Below the pieces are notes generated by a model. It did no database searches, had not been told where the DNA came from, and saw only the letters and a list, made by a program, of their open reading frames with translations. Shown piece after piece: positions 21,528 to 30,434 of a stretch of DNA of 45,392 nt (positions within the stretch are counted from its first letter, which is position 1; every line of letters begins with the position of its first letter). The translations under genes and the position numbers were made by a program. Source of the stretch: an uncultured Thermoprotei archaeon (GTDB taxonomy: Archaea; Thermoproteota; Thermoprotei; Thermofilales; B15-G2); the NCBI GenBank assembly GCA_965367815.1, contig CBDUKN010000020.1, positions 1-45,392 of the forward strand. Direction: 5' to 3'.

Positions 21528-21883
21528 GACAAGCATTGCCTTAGTTAAATTAACGTCTTGTAGAGAGAATAAACGCGTAGGTACAGGTTACGACTAGTGG
21601 TATGTGAAGCACAGCATTCCATACCGATGCTCCGAAGAAAACTGAAAATTATAATGTGTGCCGAATATTAGGTCTGTGAAAGCTATAAACCTCATGACGG
21701 CTTTATTTCGTTTGAGTAGCAGAGTATCGTGATGAAAAGTATTACTGGCGTTGTTAAGCAGTAGGCGACAGCGTAGTACCTCGTTAGAAGTCACTTAAGT
21801 CGTAGCAAGGGTCTAAGGCAGGCTCTACAGGGGACCCAGAAAGCGAGAATAGCGAAAGGTAGCGGCCAGAGCCTTCGCTTGTC
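21528..21883 (+). ncRNA. Candidate large structured non-coding RNA, family unassigned
   Basis: Nested complementary segments: GACAAGC 21528-34/GCTTGTC 21877-83; TGCCTTAG 21537-44/CTAAGGCA 21813-20; GTTACGACT 21587-95/AGTCGTAGC 21798-806; GGTATG 21599-604/CATACC 21620-25; GATGCTC 21626-32/GAGTATC 21722-28; GGCTCT 21821-26/AGAGCC 21868-73. Mismatches read as G-U on the + strand; no convincing ORF. Confidence 0.6.
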
Positions 21884-22156
21884 AGCTCTAATAGTAACTT
21901 AAAGCTCTCCAAAAGTCTTCTACACCACAAACATTGACAGCGCTACTAAAGTTGTTACTAAGAATACTGTTTTTCTGAATACATGAAAGTAAAGACTGCT
22001 AGCAAAGTATAAAAACTTTCTTTCACTAGCATTAAGTAAAACAGCAGTCAATACTGTTACCAATAGTTTTAATACACATTTCGGCATAAACTAGTTTCAA
22101 AGAGAGAATATAAAACTACATTTATTGATAAAAGAGATTAAAACTATTCCTTCTCT

Positions 22157-22951
22157 TCACTGCGATAATATTGGTATTTTTGAAGCAAATTTCCTGTATA
22201 GTCTAGCTATGTGTCTAGGATAAGATATCAGTGAGTACATAAGCGCTAGTATAAATGCTGGAGGAAACAGTGCTATAAAAAGAACAATCAAGTAAACAAT
22301 CGCGTTTACTAGAGTATCTGCCATAATCACTTGAAGAATAAAAGAGTAGCCTACGCTGAGTCCAATAAAGTCTTCGAGTAGAGGATTAACTTGAACTTCA
22401 GTTACAGTTTTCTGCTCATAGTCGACTATCCTGAAGTCACTCCCTTCAAAAAGACTCTTAACTGGAACAACGAATATTGAGAAAAAGGGCCACAGGAAGA
22501 GGGATAATAAGAAAACATCGACTATAAGGTTTAAAGCCGAGTCAGGTTTCCGTAAAAACAAGTAATGCAGAGTATTCGTATAGTCTAAAATAGATAAAAC
22601 TAAAGTCGATGAGCTGAATAGAAAGAATAAAGCGAATATTGAAAGCTTAAGCAGAGACTTAAGACTAACTTCCCTTATCTGAGGATTCTCGGTGAGAAAA
22701 CAAAGCTCCTGTTTTTTAGCATGCTTTCTGAGAATAAAATCAGCTATTTTTATAGCAAATATATGCCACATGAACCACGTGAATAAAGCTACTAAAAAGG
22801 AAAGAAATGCTATGAAAGCTGTTGCTCCGCTAATCGAAAGCATAATTAACAGCAAAGGAACTACTACAGTCACTGTAAATAATATTATCTTATTTCTACT
22901 TCTCTTAGATAACATAGATCTGCGAGGAGGATTATATGAAGTATTATACAT
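22157..22951 (-). CDS. Hypothetical polytopic membrane protein
   Basis: About six hydrophobic segments; no recognised motif. Confidence 0.7.
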   Translation of the reverse strand: MYNTSYNPPRRSMLSKRSRNKIILFTVTVVVPLLLIMLSISGATAFIAFLSFLVALFTWFMWHIFAIKIADFILRKHAKKQELCFLTENPQIREVSLKSLLKLSIFALFFLFSSSTLVLSILDYTNTLHYLFLRKPDSALNLIVDVFLLSLFLWPFFSIFVVPVKSLFEGSDFRIVDYEQKTVTEVQVNPLLEDFIGLSVGYSFILQVIMADTLVNAIVYLIVLFIALFPPAFILALMYSLISYPRHIARLYRKFASKIPILSQ

Positions 22952-23039
22952 GCTTATTAATCACAAATATCCTCTTAAATAGTTTTGCACAATACTTAAA
23001 GTATATATAAACATTAAGCACTTCTTCTAACAACATTTA

Positions 23040-23393
23040 AAGGATTCTTCTCATGCCTCCAAAGACCCTTACCAAAAACTAATTACTTTTATTCCCAAGG
23101 CATCTATAGTCACATCAGTTATTAGAGGTTCTGTTAAACCAATTTGGATAACTAAGTCAGCAGTAATCTTAGACAAAACATTACCGTGTTCATCTAATAA
23201 CTCTAACTCAACAGCACTTGGGATTAAGTAGGCACTGCTCGTAGACACCCAAAGCCTCAGCTACAGAAGTATCTACAACAAGACACGGCCTAAGACTTTC
23301 AGCTCCTCCATTGACTAACACAACTAGCTCAGCTACTTTGTTAGTCTTTTTAAGTCTAGCTCTCAGCTTTACTCTTACAGCCAATGAAGACAC
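23040..23393 (-). pseudogene. Degraded small archaeal protein (retropepsin-like fold suspected)
   Basis: AVRVKLR...VLVNGGAES...LVVDTSVAEALG, then in another frame VELELLDEHGNVLSKITADLVIQIGLTEPLITDVTIDALGIKVISFGKG; lower boundary approximate. Confidence 0.55.
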
Positions 23394-23899
23394 CTATCTT
23401 CTCTTTTAAAACTCATCTACCCAACTTAATTTTCTTCACTACAGGATATTTTACCTTAATACGTTTATTCTTTATATCTTTTTCAATAACCTCGCTCATA
23501 CTTCACTAAATACTATTTAACACACATCTAAATATCTTGTGCTATAAGCAAATCTGCTAAAGTCTTATTTAATAAAACTATTCTCCAAAAATATCGGTCC
23601 ATAAATTATAAATACTTTACAATAATTTAGTAAAAATATTTGTAATTTATTCAAAAATACTAATGGAGTCGCTTTAGCAGCTTCATACCTTTACCTCTTG
23701 CAGCTTTATAACTTATTTCGATCATTTATATTTTATTAAAAGACTTGCTTCTCTCATATAAGAAGATAACAAAGAATCAAGGTAGTTCAGCCAAACTGTA
23801 CTATATTTGATTATTGTAAAGTCACTTGAGAAAAATTGTTGCTGTAAATTACTCTAGATGACCAGTTAATAGCATTAAGTGTTCTTTTACTGAATGCAT

Positions 23900-24546
23900 T
23901 TATATAGTGTACTCTGTACTTTAAGTCTTTTACTTTAATTTCGCTAGAAATATGTTCTATTTGTTCACAGCTTTTTAAATTCCATTATCTGACAATTATT
24001 CTTCTCCTAGCAATATTTATTTCGCCCTTAAACTTCCTGGATAAGTATACAAGCAAACCTGTTTTGCCACTAAAATCTAGGCTAGCATATTCACTTAAGA
24101 GAAAACCTGTACTAGACCATGTGCTCTCGCCTTTTACTTCAAGGCTCTTCTCTACAAGTATACTATCTCTACAAACTAAAGCAAAGCAGCCTCTGTAGCC
24201 AACGCAAAACACTACACGGTCACTAAGACATATGTCGGTAAGCTCTGAAGCACATTCTACAAGCCGTAAAGCCTCGCCTACATCTGAGTCGAAAAAGCCT
24301 AGGAATTTTTCTCCGCAAACCGCCAACTCATTATCGATAAAAACATAGTTTATGAGCAGATACTCCTTTTTCAATTAATCTATACCACTTTAACATACCT
24401 TCACTAAAACATCCTATAAATCCTCCGTCCTTACCATCAAAGCTCTCTGTTTCTCCACAAAAATATACTTTATTATCGACAAGAAAAACGTAATAGATAA
24501 GTTCTCGCCTACTGTTGCCAATAAAACAGGCCCACGGCTCAGACAC
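23900..24546 (-). pseudogene. Degraded paralogue of the N-terminal beta-propeller of the kinase at 41620..43782
   Basis: SEPWACFIGNSRRELIYYV...VYFCGETESFD vs SEAWLCLIGGSRNDCIYDV...VYFCGTTTSFD; frameshift at 24339-24343, internal deletion, stop at 23985; lower boundary approximate. Confidence 0.75.
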
Positions 24547-24667
24547 ATAAATTGAAGTAAATAAAAATATAAATACTTTCACTCTCGGGTAATACAAATA
24601 CTTTATCAGTATTTAAATAAGACTAAATAGATAATAATATATACTATTGTATAATCATGCATTTTAT

Positions 24668-24980
24668 TCGGTGAGCACCTGCCCGCTCACCGATGTTTTC
24701 TATTCAAGACTCCTGGTCTTAGACAATTGTCGAAGATAGAGGATCATTCAGAGGCTTACTGACTTATCTATATACTTTTATGTGTCAGCTATATAGCCAA
24801 CACATAATATATATTGATATTAAATTACTATCGTTAAGAGGAAGATTACTATTCTTTAAATTTGCTTTACAGATTAGAGTCTTGTATAGGCGAAAAGTAT
24901 ATTTTATATTACTACATATAGGAGGGGGGAGTATATCAGCGGGCCGAATTTCGGCCGTTAGGATTACTTCCTAGCTCCTG
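24668..24980. repeat. Cluster of intergenic inverted repeats
   Basis: TCGGTGAGC 24668-76/GCTCACCGA 24685-93; TTATGTGT 24778-85/ACACATAA 24800-07; ATATACTTTT 24770-79/AAAAGTATAT 24893-902; GGCCGAATTTCGGCC 24942-56. Confidence 0.6.
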
Positions 24981-25179
24981 TCCACTATTTATCATTTCCT
25001 TCGATGACATTTATTCTTTCTAGATTTATTTAAAGCTAATTGCACGGTATCCTCTACAATTTATATACTTCACTTATGTGAATTAAATTTATAAATGTTT
25101 CATGAAATAGATAGGATTAACAGAGTTTTTATAAGTAGTACTGGCATAAGGCGGAAGTACTTAATGGAAGTTATTGATA

Positions 25180-25910
25180 TTAATCTATTGATAATAGCTT
25201 TTCCTTTTTCTTTTCTTCAGTCATTTTTCTTATGTTTATTCCCATCCACATCCTAGCGTACCATAGGAGTTTCCATGCTTCGAGGTACTCGCCGTACTCT
25301 TCTACTATTTTGTCTGCTATCTTGTATAGTTCTTCTGCTTCCTCGTAAGTTAATGTATCTTTATCTAAAAGTTCTTTAAGTTTCTGCTTTTCATACTTTG
25401 TTAGTGGATTTGCTTCAATGAGTGCTAGTATTCGATAAATTTCTTTTTAATCATGGTTGCGGACTCTACTTTAATTGCTCCTTCGAGGCTAAGGGAATCT
25501 ATCATAAATTCATTAATACTTCTTATTGCGTGAGAAAATCTAGAGACTCTAGAGTCAAGTCTATCGAGCTTATATGTAGTTTCATCTAGTTTCTGTTCAA
25601 TATAACTAAGCCTATGTTCAATTTTCTCAACCCTCTGGTTCAATTCACTCAAATTGTTTTCAATTCTATTAAGCCTATTTTCTATTCTTTCAAATCTATC
25701 ATCAATTTGTCTAAATCTTTCATCATTTTGCTTAAATCTCTCGTCTATTTGCTGGAATCTTTCGTCGATTTGATTGAATCTTTCATTTATTTTTTCGAAT
25801 CTTTTGTCTATTTCAGAGAATTTTCTGCCTAACCAGTAGGCTACACTAATAATTAAAGCTAGTCCACCTAGTCCTCCGATAGCTGATAGTAGATCTAAGA
25901 TATCTATCAT
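25180..25910 (-). pseudogene. paREP-type membrane-anchored coiled-coil protein, frameshifted
   Basis: TM-YWLGRKF-(IDERFxx)n; adding one A at 25444-25448 restores KEIYRIL...NPLTKYEKQKLKELLDKDTLTYEEAEELYKIADKIVEEYG...EAWKLLWYA, ending at TAA 25180-25182. Confidence 0.8.
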
Positions 25911-25986
25911 GTCTTACTACTGTAGTAGTGTTTTTCACTCTATTATCTTTTATGTAACTAGCACTATAGCACTATTAAGCCGCCTA

Positions 25987-26601
25987 CTAACTATCACTAA
26001 GTGATATTCGTCTCAAGTCGATTAGAATAACTGGTGTTTTAAGGCAGTATGTTTTCACTGCTCTACCGCTCTTAGATACTACGGCTTCTTCCTGAAGAAC
26101 ACCTAATTTCTTTAGCTCACCTAGAATCCTTCTAACAACTTCTTCTCTACAGCCTGTTTCATAGGCTATTTCATGTACACAAGCCTTCCTAGATGCAAGT
26201 ATCTTTAGTATCTTCCAGCGCTCAACACTTTTAAAGAAAGTTCTCAAAGTACTGTAATCAGTTACTGCGTAAACTCCTCTATTCTTCAAATAATCAAGTA
26301 TCTTTAATTTAAATTCCCTGAAAACACTTGACAGTATATTTGAAACATCGTGCAACGATATAGTGGATTTTCTTTTAGCGAGCTCATAGAGCTTACTGCT
26401 AATAGCTCTCTTAACACTATTTATTAGGAGGCTTGGCTGAACATAAGGGTAATTTAATACAATATAGTCTGTGAATACAGCTAACATAAATTCTCCTATG
26501 GAAGACAGGTCGATAAGCCCACTAATCGATAATTCTTCTACATTAAATTGTTCTCTCCACTTAAGGCAAACATACTCTTCTAGTGAGACTAATTCAGTCA
26601 T
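25987..26601 (-). CDS. Protein with C-terminal ArsR-like winged HTH
   Basis: RWKILKILASRKACVHEIAYETG...VRRILGELKKLGVL...GRAVKTYCL. Confidence 0.75.
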   Translation of the reverse strand: MTELVSLEEYVCLKWREQFNVEELSISGLIDLSSIGEFMLAVFTDYIVLNYPYVQPSLLINSVKRAISSKLYELAKRKSTISLHDVSNILSSVFREFKLKILDYLKNRGVYAVTDYSTLRTFFKSVERWKILKILASRKACVHEIAYETGCREEVVRRILGELKKLGVLQEEAVVSKSGRAVKTYCLKTPVILIDLRRISLSDS

Positions 26602-26738
26602 ATAGTGTAACTAGACTGGTCACATAGATAAAACTACTGCTGATGTGACTACCTATAGGTATGTTTTACTGAATACTATAGCTGACTAGTATACACATAA
26701 AGGTACTTAAACACTATAATGTAAGTTAAAGCGAGAAT

Positions 26739-27218
26739 ATGGTAGATGCAGAGGAAATAGTGAAGCTGCTAGAAGAACTGATTTCAGTTAAACTACAAGC
26801 AACAGAAGTATGTACAAGGTGCCTAGGATGCAGATCATATCTGAGCACAGATAGAACACTAGCAGTTGCTCCTGAAGGAACATGGGAAGAAAAGAAGAGC
26901 AGAGGACAGTATACCGAGATAGATCTAGCAGACTTAGAGCCAGAAATCGTTAAGTACGGTACTGAGACAGAACACAAGGTTCTGTACTTAAAGTATAGGT
27001 ACCGGAAGCCAGTCTACAATCCCTTAAGCAAGAATACTGTAACTGAAGTTAGCTATAAGGCTGAACTAGTGTTAGCGGCAGCATACATAATTAAAAAGCT
27101 ATACAATAGACTACATGTATACGTGAATACTGAAGAAGTAGCACCACTAATAATACGTCCGAATAAGCTAGGAGAAAACAAAGACTACGAAATAATAGTA
27201 GCGCCAAGAATAGCATAG
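26739..27218 (+). CDS. Hypothetical protein
   Basis: 159-aa ORF with a CTRCLGC cluster; no family recognised. Confidence 0.65.
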   Translation: MVDAEEIVKLLEELISVKLQATEVCTRCLGCRSYLSTDRTLAVAPEGTWEEKKSRGQYTEIDLADLEPEIVKYGTETEHKVLYLKYRYRKPVYNPLSKNTVTEVSYKAELVLAAAYIIKKLYNRLHVYVNTEEVAPLIIRPNKLGENKDYEIIVAPRIA

Positions 27219-27436
27219 CACTATAAAATGCTCTAAGTTGATAAAACTTAGCTCAGCATTAAGTATAATTAAATGAGAAACTAGTAGAAAGAACCTTAGC
27301 CTACTCTTCTAGATCTAGAAACGCTCTTATTTTCTTCTGTACGTAGTGAGATATCGTATTTAGTGATTCTTTAGAGCAGAAATGTAGATAGCATTAGTAG
27401 CTGAGCCGAAGGGATTCGTGATGAGTGATACATCAA

Positions 27437-28147
27437 CTATATTTCAAGTACTTTTCCTCTACACTCTATTTTCAGTTTGTCTGCTAGTTCTTTAGCTCTT
27501 TTTCTTATTGCAGGAGATACTATTAGGAGTCTTGGCTTTACTTTAGTTATTTTCTCGTACAATTTGCCTATTCTATAGAGTTCTGCTATATCGCTTTTGT
27601 CTACTGATGCTTTGTACTCTACTATAACATGCTCTTTATCTCTTATTAATACATCGACATCTATGACTGCCGGATGAGCGTATACTAGTCCTTCTTCATC
27701 GTAGTAGGTCCACTTAATTACATTATATTCTTTTAAAAGGTCTTGAACTAAATACTTTATAGACTCTCTAAATGCTTCTTCTGTAAGTACGCCGTATTTA
27801 GTGCCAATAGCATTTACTGTCGCCGTTAATTTCTCGATAGCATGCGTGTGTTTCTCTAAAATTTCACCATGTCTTTTTACTTCTACTTGAAGATTCTTGA
27901 CTTGCTCTTGAAGAATTTTAACTTGTTCTTGAAGCGCCTTTACTTGTTCTTGAAGACTTCTTATGGCTTTACTGTGTTCAGCTACCTGTTTCTGTAGTGC
28001 AAGTATTTCTTTTTGAAATTCCTTAAATTGTCTCTGTAGACTTTCAATCGACTTTACTATAGTATCGAGCCCTAAATAGCCTAGTACAGCATACCTAAAC
28101 TCAATATCTTCTTTTAATAATTTTAGGAATTCCTGCTTGAGTCTCAT
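27437..28147 (-). CDS. Coiled-coil protein with C-terminal PD-(D/E)XK nuclease-like domain (DUF3782-type)
   Basis: LKQEFLKLLKEDIEFRYAVLGYLG, LQEQVKx heptads, DEEGLVYAHPAVIDVDVLI...VEYKAS. Confidence 0.85.
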   Translation of the reverse strand: MRLKQEFLKLLKEDIEFRYAVLGYLGLDTIVKSIESLQRQFKEFQKEILALQKQVAEHSKAIRSLQEQVKALQEQVKILQEQVKNLQVEVKRHGEILEKHTHAIEKLTATVNAIGTKYGVLTEEAFRESIKYLVQDLLKEYNVIKWTYYDEEGLVYAHPAVIDVDVLIRDKEHVIVEYKASVDKSDIAELYRIGKLYEKITKVKPRLLIVSPAIRKRAKELADKLKIECRGKVLEI

Positions 28148-28232
28148 TCTCTTATTTACTCACAGTACTCATATTTAATATTGTTTACGAAAATACTTTA
28201 CTATACTTAAGCTTCAATTTACTGCATTAAAG

Positions 28233-29234
28233 CTATTTAGGTGAACCAAGTGGCTTATATTCTCTAGATAACTCTTCTAAAGCTTTGTGCAGTGCTTGTC
28301 TTAGTTGCTGGGCTCTTTCTTCGGGTAGTCCGTCGTATGTGAAAGTCCACGTGCCCCACTCTATTCCGGCTGCGTACTTTATTTTCTTGGCGTCTCGGTG
28401 TAGTGGATAGAATTCTATGTGAAAATGGTAGTAGGGGTATTCTTTTCCGTCTGTTGGGCTCTGGTGTATCGCCATTATGTAGGGTAAGTCAAATCCGAAT
28501 AATGAATTGTACATTTTAGTGCATACTTTTAGAACATCCGCTAGACTGTAGCGTTCTTTTTCTGTGAGCTGGAGTATGTTCTGTAGATGGCGTTTAGAGT
28601 ATATGTGTGTCTCGTAGGGCCACATGGCGAAGAAAGGCATGAATAGTATGAAATCTTCGTTTTCATAGAGTAAACGTACTTCGGCTTTTTTCTCGAGGTC
28701 TATTATGTGGCAGAATAAGCACTTTTTCCTCCTCTTGTAGAATTTCTTAGCTTGTACTAGCTCTCTTCTAATGCGAGGTGGAATAAACGGCAGAGCATAT
28801 AGCTGTGAGTGAGGATGAGTTAAAGACACTCCAATTAAAGCTCCCTTATTTCTAAACTCGAAGACATACTTTATTTTAGGGTCGCTTCCAAGTTTCTCGT
28901 AGCGCTCAGCGTAAAGATCTATTACTTTCTTTAAGTTTTCTAGCGTCAAGTCACAGAGATCTCCTTCGTGTTTAGGTGTCTCTACTATTACCTCACAATA
29001 CCCGTAGCCAGGCCTCACCTTGTATATGTCTTCTGATTTGAGAGACGGCTTAGCGTCGGGCCGCAGCGCAGGGAACTTATTGGGTAGTGCTAGTACTTCC
29101 CAGCCGTAGCCTGTTTCCTCTGCTCCTGGACAGAAGGGACAATAGTCTTTAGGCCTCCAAGGCCTCTTCTGTCTTTTAGCGGCGACAATAATCCATGCTC
29201 CTAGCACCGGATTCCAGCGCAGTTCGTTGCTCAC
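28233..29234 (-). CDS. galT: Galactose-1-phosphate uridylyltransferase
   Basis: ELRWNPVLG, CPFCPG, NKFPAL, GVSLTHPHSQ, CLFC, YHFHIEFYP. Confidence 0.95.
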   Translation of the reverse strand: MSNELRWNPVLGAWIIVAAKRQKRPWRPKDYCPFCPGAEETGYGWEVLALPNKFPALRPDAKPSLKSEDIYKVRPGYGYCEVIVETPKHEGDLCDLTLENLKKVIDLYAERYEKLGSDPKIKYVFEFRNKGALIGVSLTHPHSQLYALPFIPPRIRRELVQAKKFYKRRKKCLFCHIIDLEKKAEVRLLYENEDFILFMPFFAMWPYETHIYSKRHLQNILQLTEKERYSLADVLKVCTKMYNSLFGFDLPYIMAIHQSPTDGKEYPYYHFHIEFYPLHRDAKKIKYAAGIEWGTWTFTYDGLPEERAQQLRQALHKALEELSREYKPLGSPK

Positions 29235-29400
29235 ACGCTACTATTATGCTAGCAGTGTATAAAAGTATCGAACTGCTGTAAACAGTACCTAAACGAGCTT
29301 AGAAGCATCAGTACTGATAAAAACTTTTTCACCTGTAATAGAAAATTTTCCTTCAAAACGCGCTCTAGCAACCCTTGTAATATAGCTTCAGCGCTGCTGA

Positions 29401-30414
29401 CTAAATACTGTTAAATACTTTAATTATTTCAGGGTAAAATTCCCTGAACGACGAATACTCTACTCTATTATAGTTCAGTAATGTTCTATAGACAGGTTTT
29501 ATGTAAACTAGTCCTCTTTTCTCATAGAATGATAGAAACTTCTCTAGCCTATTTGAGTCAATGTAACCTAGCTGCTCTGCAATTCTAAGAACAATAGCCG
29601 TTACAACATGCTCATTAACAAAAGTCTTCCAATCTCTAAATGCTTCCTCTCTAATCGATTTACTTAAGAAGCCTAAGAGCCTGCTAAATAATCTCTTCAT
29701 TTTACTTTCAGCACACTTAAGTAGCTTATCGGTATTCCTAAACTCTGACTCAAATTCCTCTGTAAGAGGATTAACAAAGCTGTGGCTAAATTCATGTATT
29801 ATCGTATCCCAGCTTCTATACTCCGGCAATCCTTCTTCGTCAATCTTTGTAGGCTGAATAAACGCGTAGACTTCTTTACCGTTAATACTATGTCCGTAGC
29901 TGAACTTCGATAGAGTTAAAAGCACTACAAAGTATTTATCTTTCTTTAATCCAAAGTAATCTTCAATAATACCTACTATCTTATTTAAATCAATATATTT
30001 TCCAGTATTTTCCCTTACTCTCCTATAGAAATCAGTATTTCTCTTCCAGAAATCTTCGAAATTTGTGTCATCATAGTAGTTTTTGATCTTTTCAGCGAAC
30101 TCCATTAAAGTATCTAGAGACCCTGCTCTTTCAACAAGATCTTCTGTAAGAGGCTTAATTAAAGCGATATTAGGTGGCTCAGATAAGTGTACAGCAAAAG
30201 CATGCAGTGCATCAAAAACAAAACCCTTTCTAATAAGTTCCTCGCATAGAACAACAGCATCATGTTCTTTAAAGGCTTTCGAAAACTCTAATAACTTAAG
30301 CTTATAGGGATAATCTCTTTTCACAATACCTATGTCTCTCCAACTAGTATTCAGTAAGATAGAGTAAAGAAGCTCAACTCTCTTATCGACTGCTAGTACC
30401 GCTTTCTGCGACAC
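29401..30414 (-). CDS. DUF4932-like protein, putative zincin metallopeptidase
   Basis: VDKRVELL start, IIHEFSHSFVNP (HExxH), downstream NEHVVTA. Confidence 0.75.
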   Translation of the reverse strand: MSQKAVLAVDKRVELLYSILLNTSWRDIGIVKRDYPYKLKLLEFSKAFKEHDAVVLCEELIRKGFVFDALHAFAVHLSEPPNIALIKPLTEDLVERAGSLDTLMEFAEKIKNYYDDTNFEDFWKRNTDFYRRVRENTGKYIDLNKIVGIIEDYFGLKKDKYFVVLLTLSKFSYGHSINGKEVYAFIQPTKIDEEGLPEYRSWDTIIHEFSHSFVNPLTEEFESEFRNTDKLLKCAESKMKRLFSRLLGFLSKSIREEAFRDWKTFVNEHVVTAIVLRIAEQLGYIDSNRLEKFLSFYEKRGLVYIKPVYRTLLNYNRVEYSSFREFYPEIIKVFNSI

Positions 30415-30434
30415 AGTTACTTATGACTATAAGG

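Noticed and set aside
21594-21794. 66-aa minus-strand ORF
   Set aside because: No recognisable protein features, and it lies antisense to the structured segment
21797-21810. AAGTCGTAGCAAGG resembles the 3' end of 16S rRNA (AAGTCGTAACAAGG)
   Set aside because: Only a 13/14 match, with no flanking rRNA similarity and no anti-SD; it is better explained as one strand of an internal helix
21656-21883. Possible group II intron (GTGTG start) or RNase P RNA (CAGAAA...GAAAG loops)
   Set aside because: No domain V, no interrupted host gene, no RT, and no RNase P P4 sequences
24780-24974. 64-aa plus-strand ORF
   Set aside because: No family features, and it overlaps the inverted-repeat cluster
25441-25452. 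Programmed -1 frameshift in the paREP gene
   Set aside because: ATT AAA AAG is not a canonical X XXY YYZ heptamer, and no obvious stimulatory structure follows
27382-27440. Possible C/D box sRNA (CTGA 27401-04, GTGATGA 27418-24)
   Set aside because: Only an internal D'/C'-like pair; the terminal C and D boxes are too degenerate and no rRNA-complementary guide was recognised
25680-27960. Short periodic repeats as a possible CRISPR array
   Set aside because: They are 21-nt coding repeats for coiled-coil heptads in two genes, with no spacers and no cas genes
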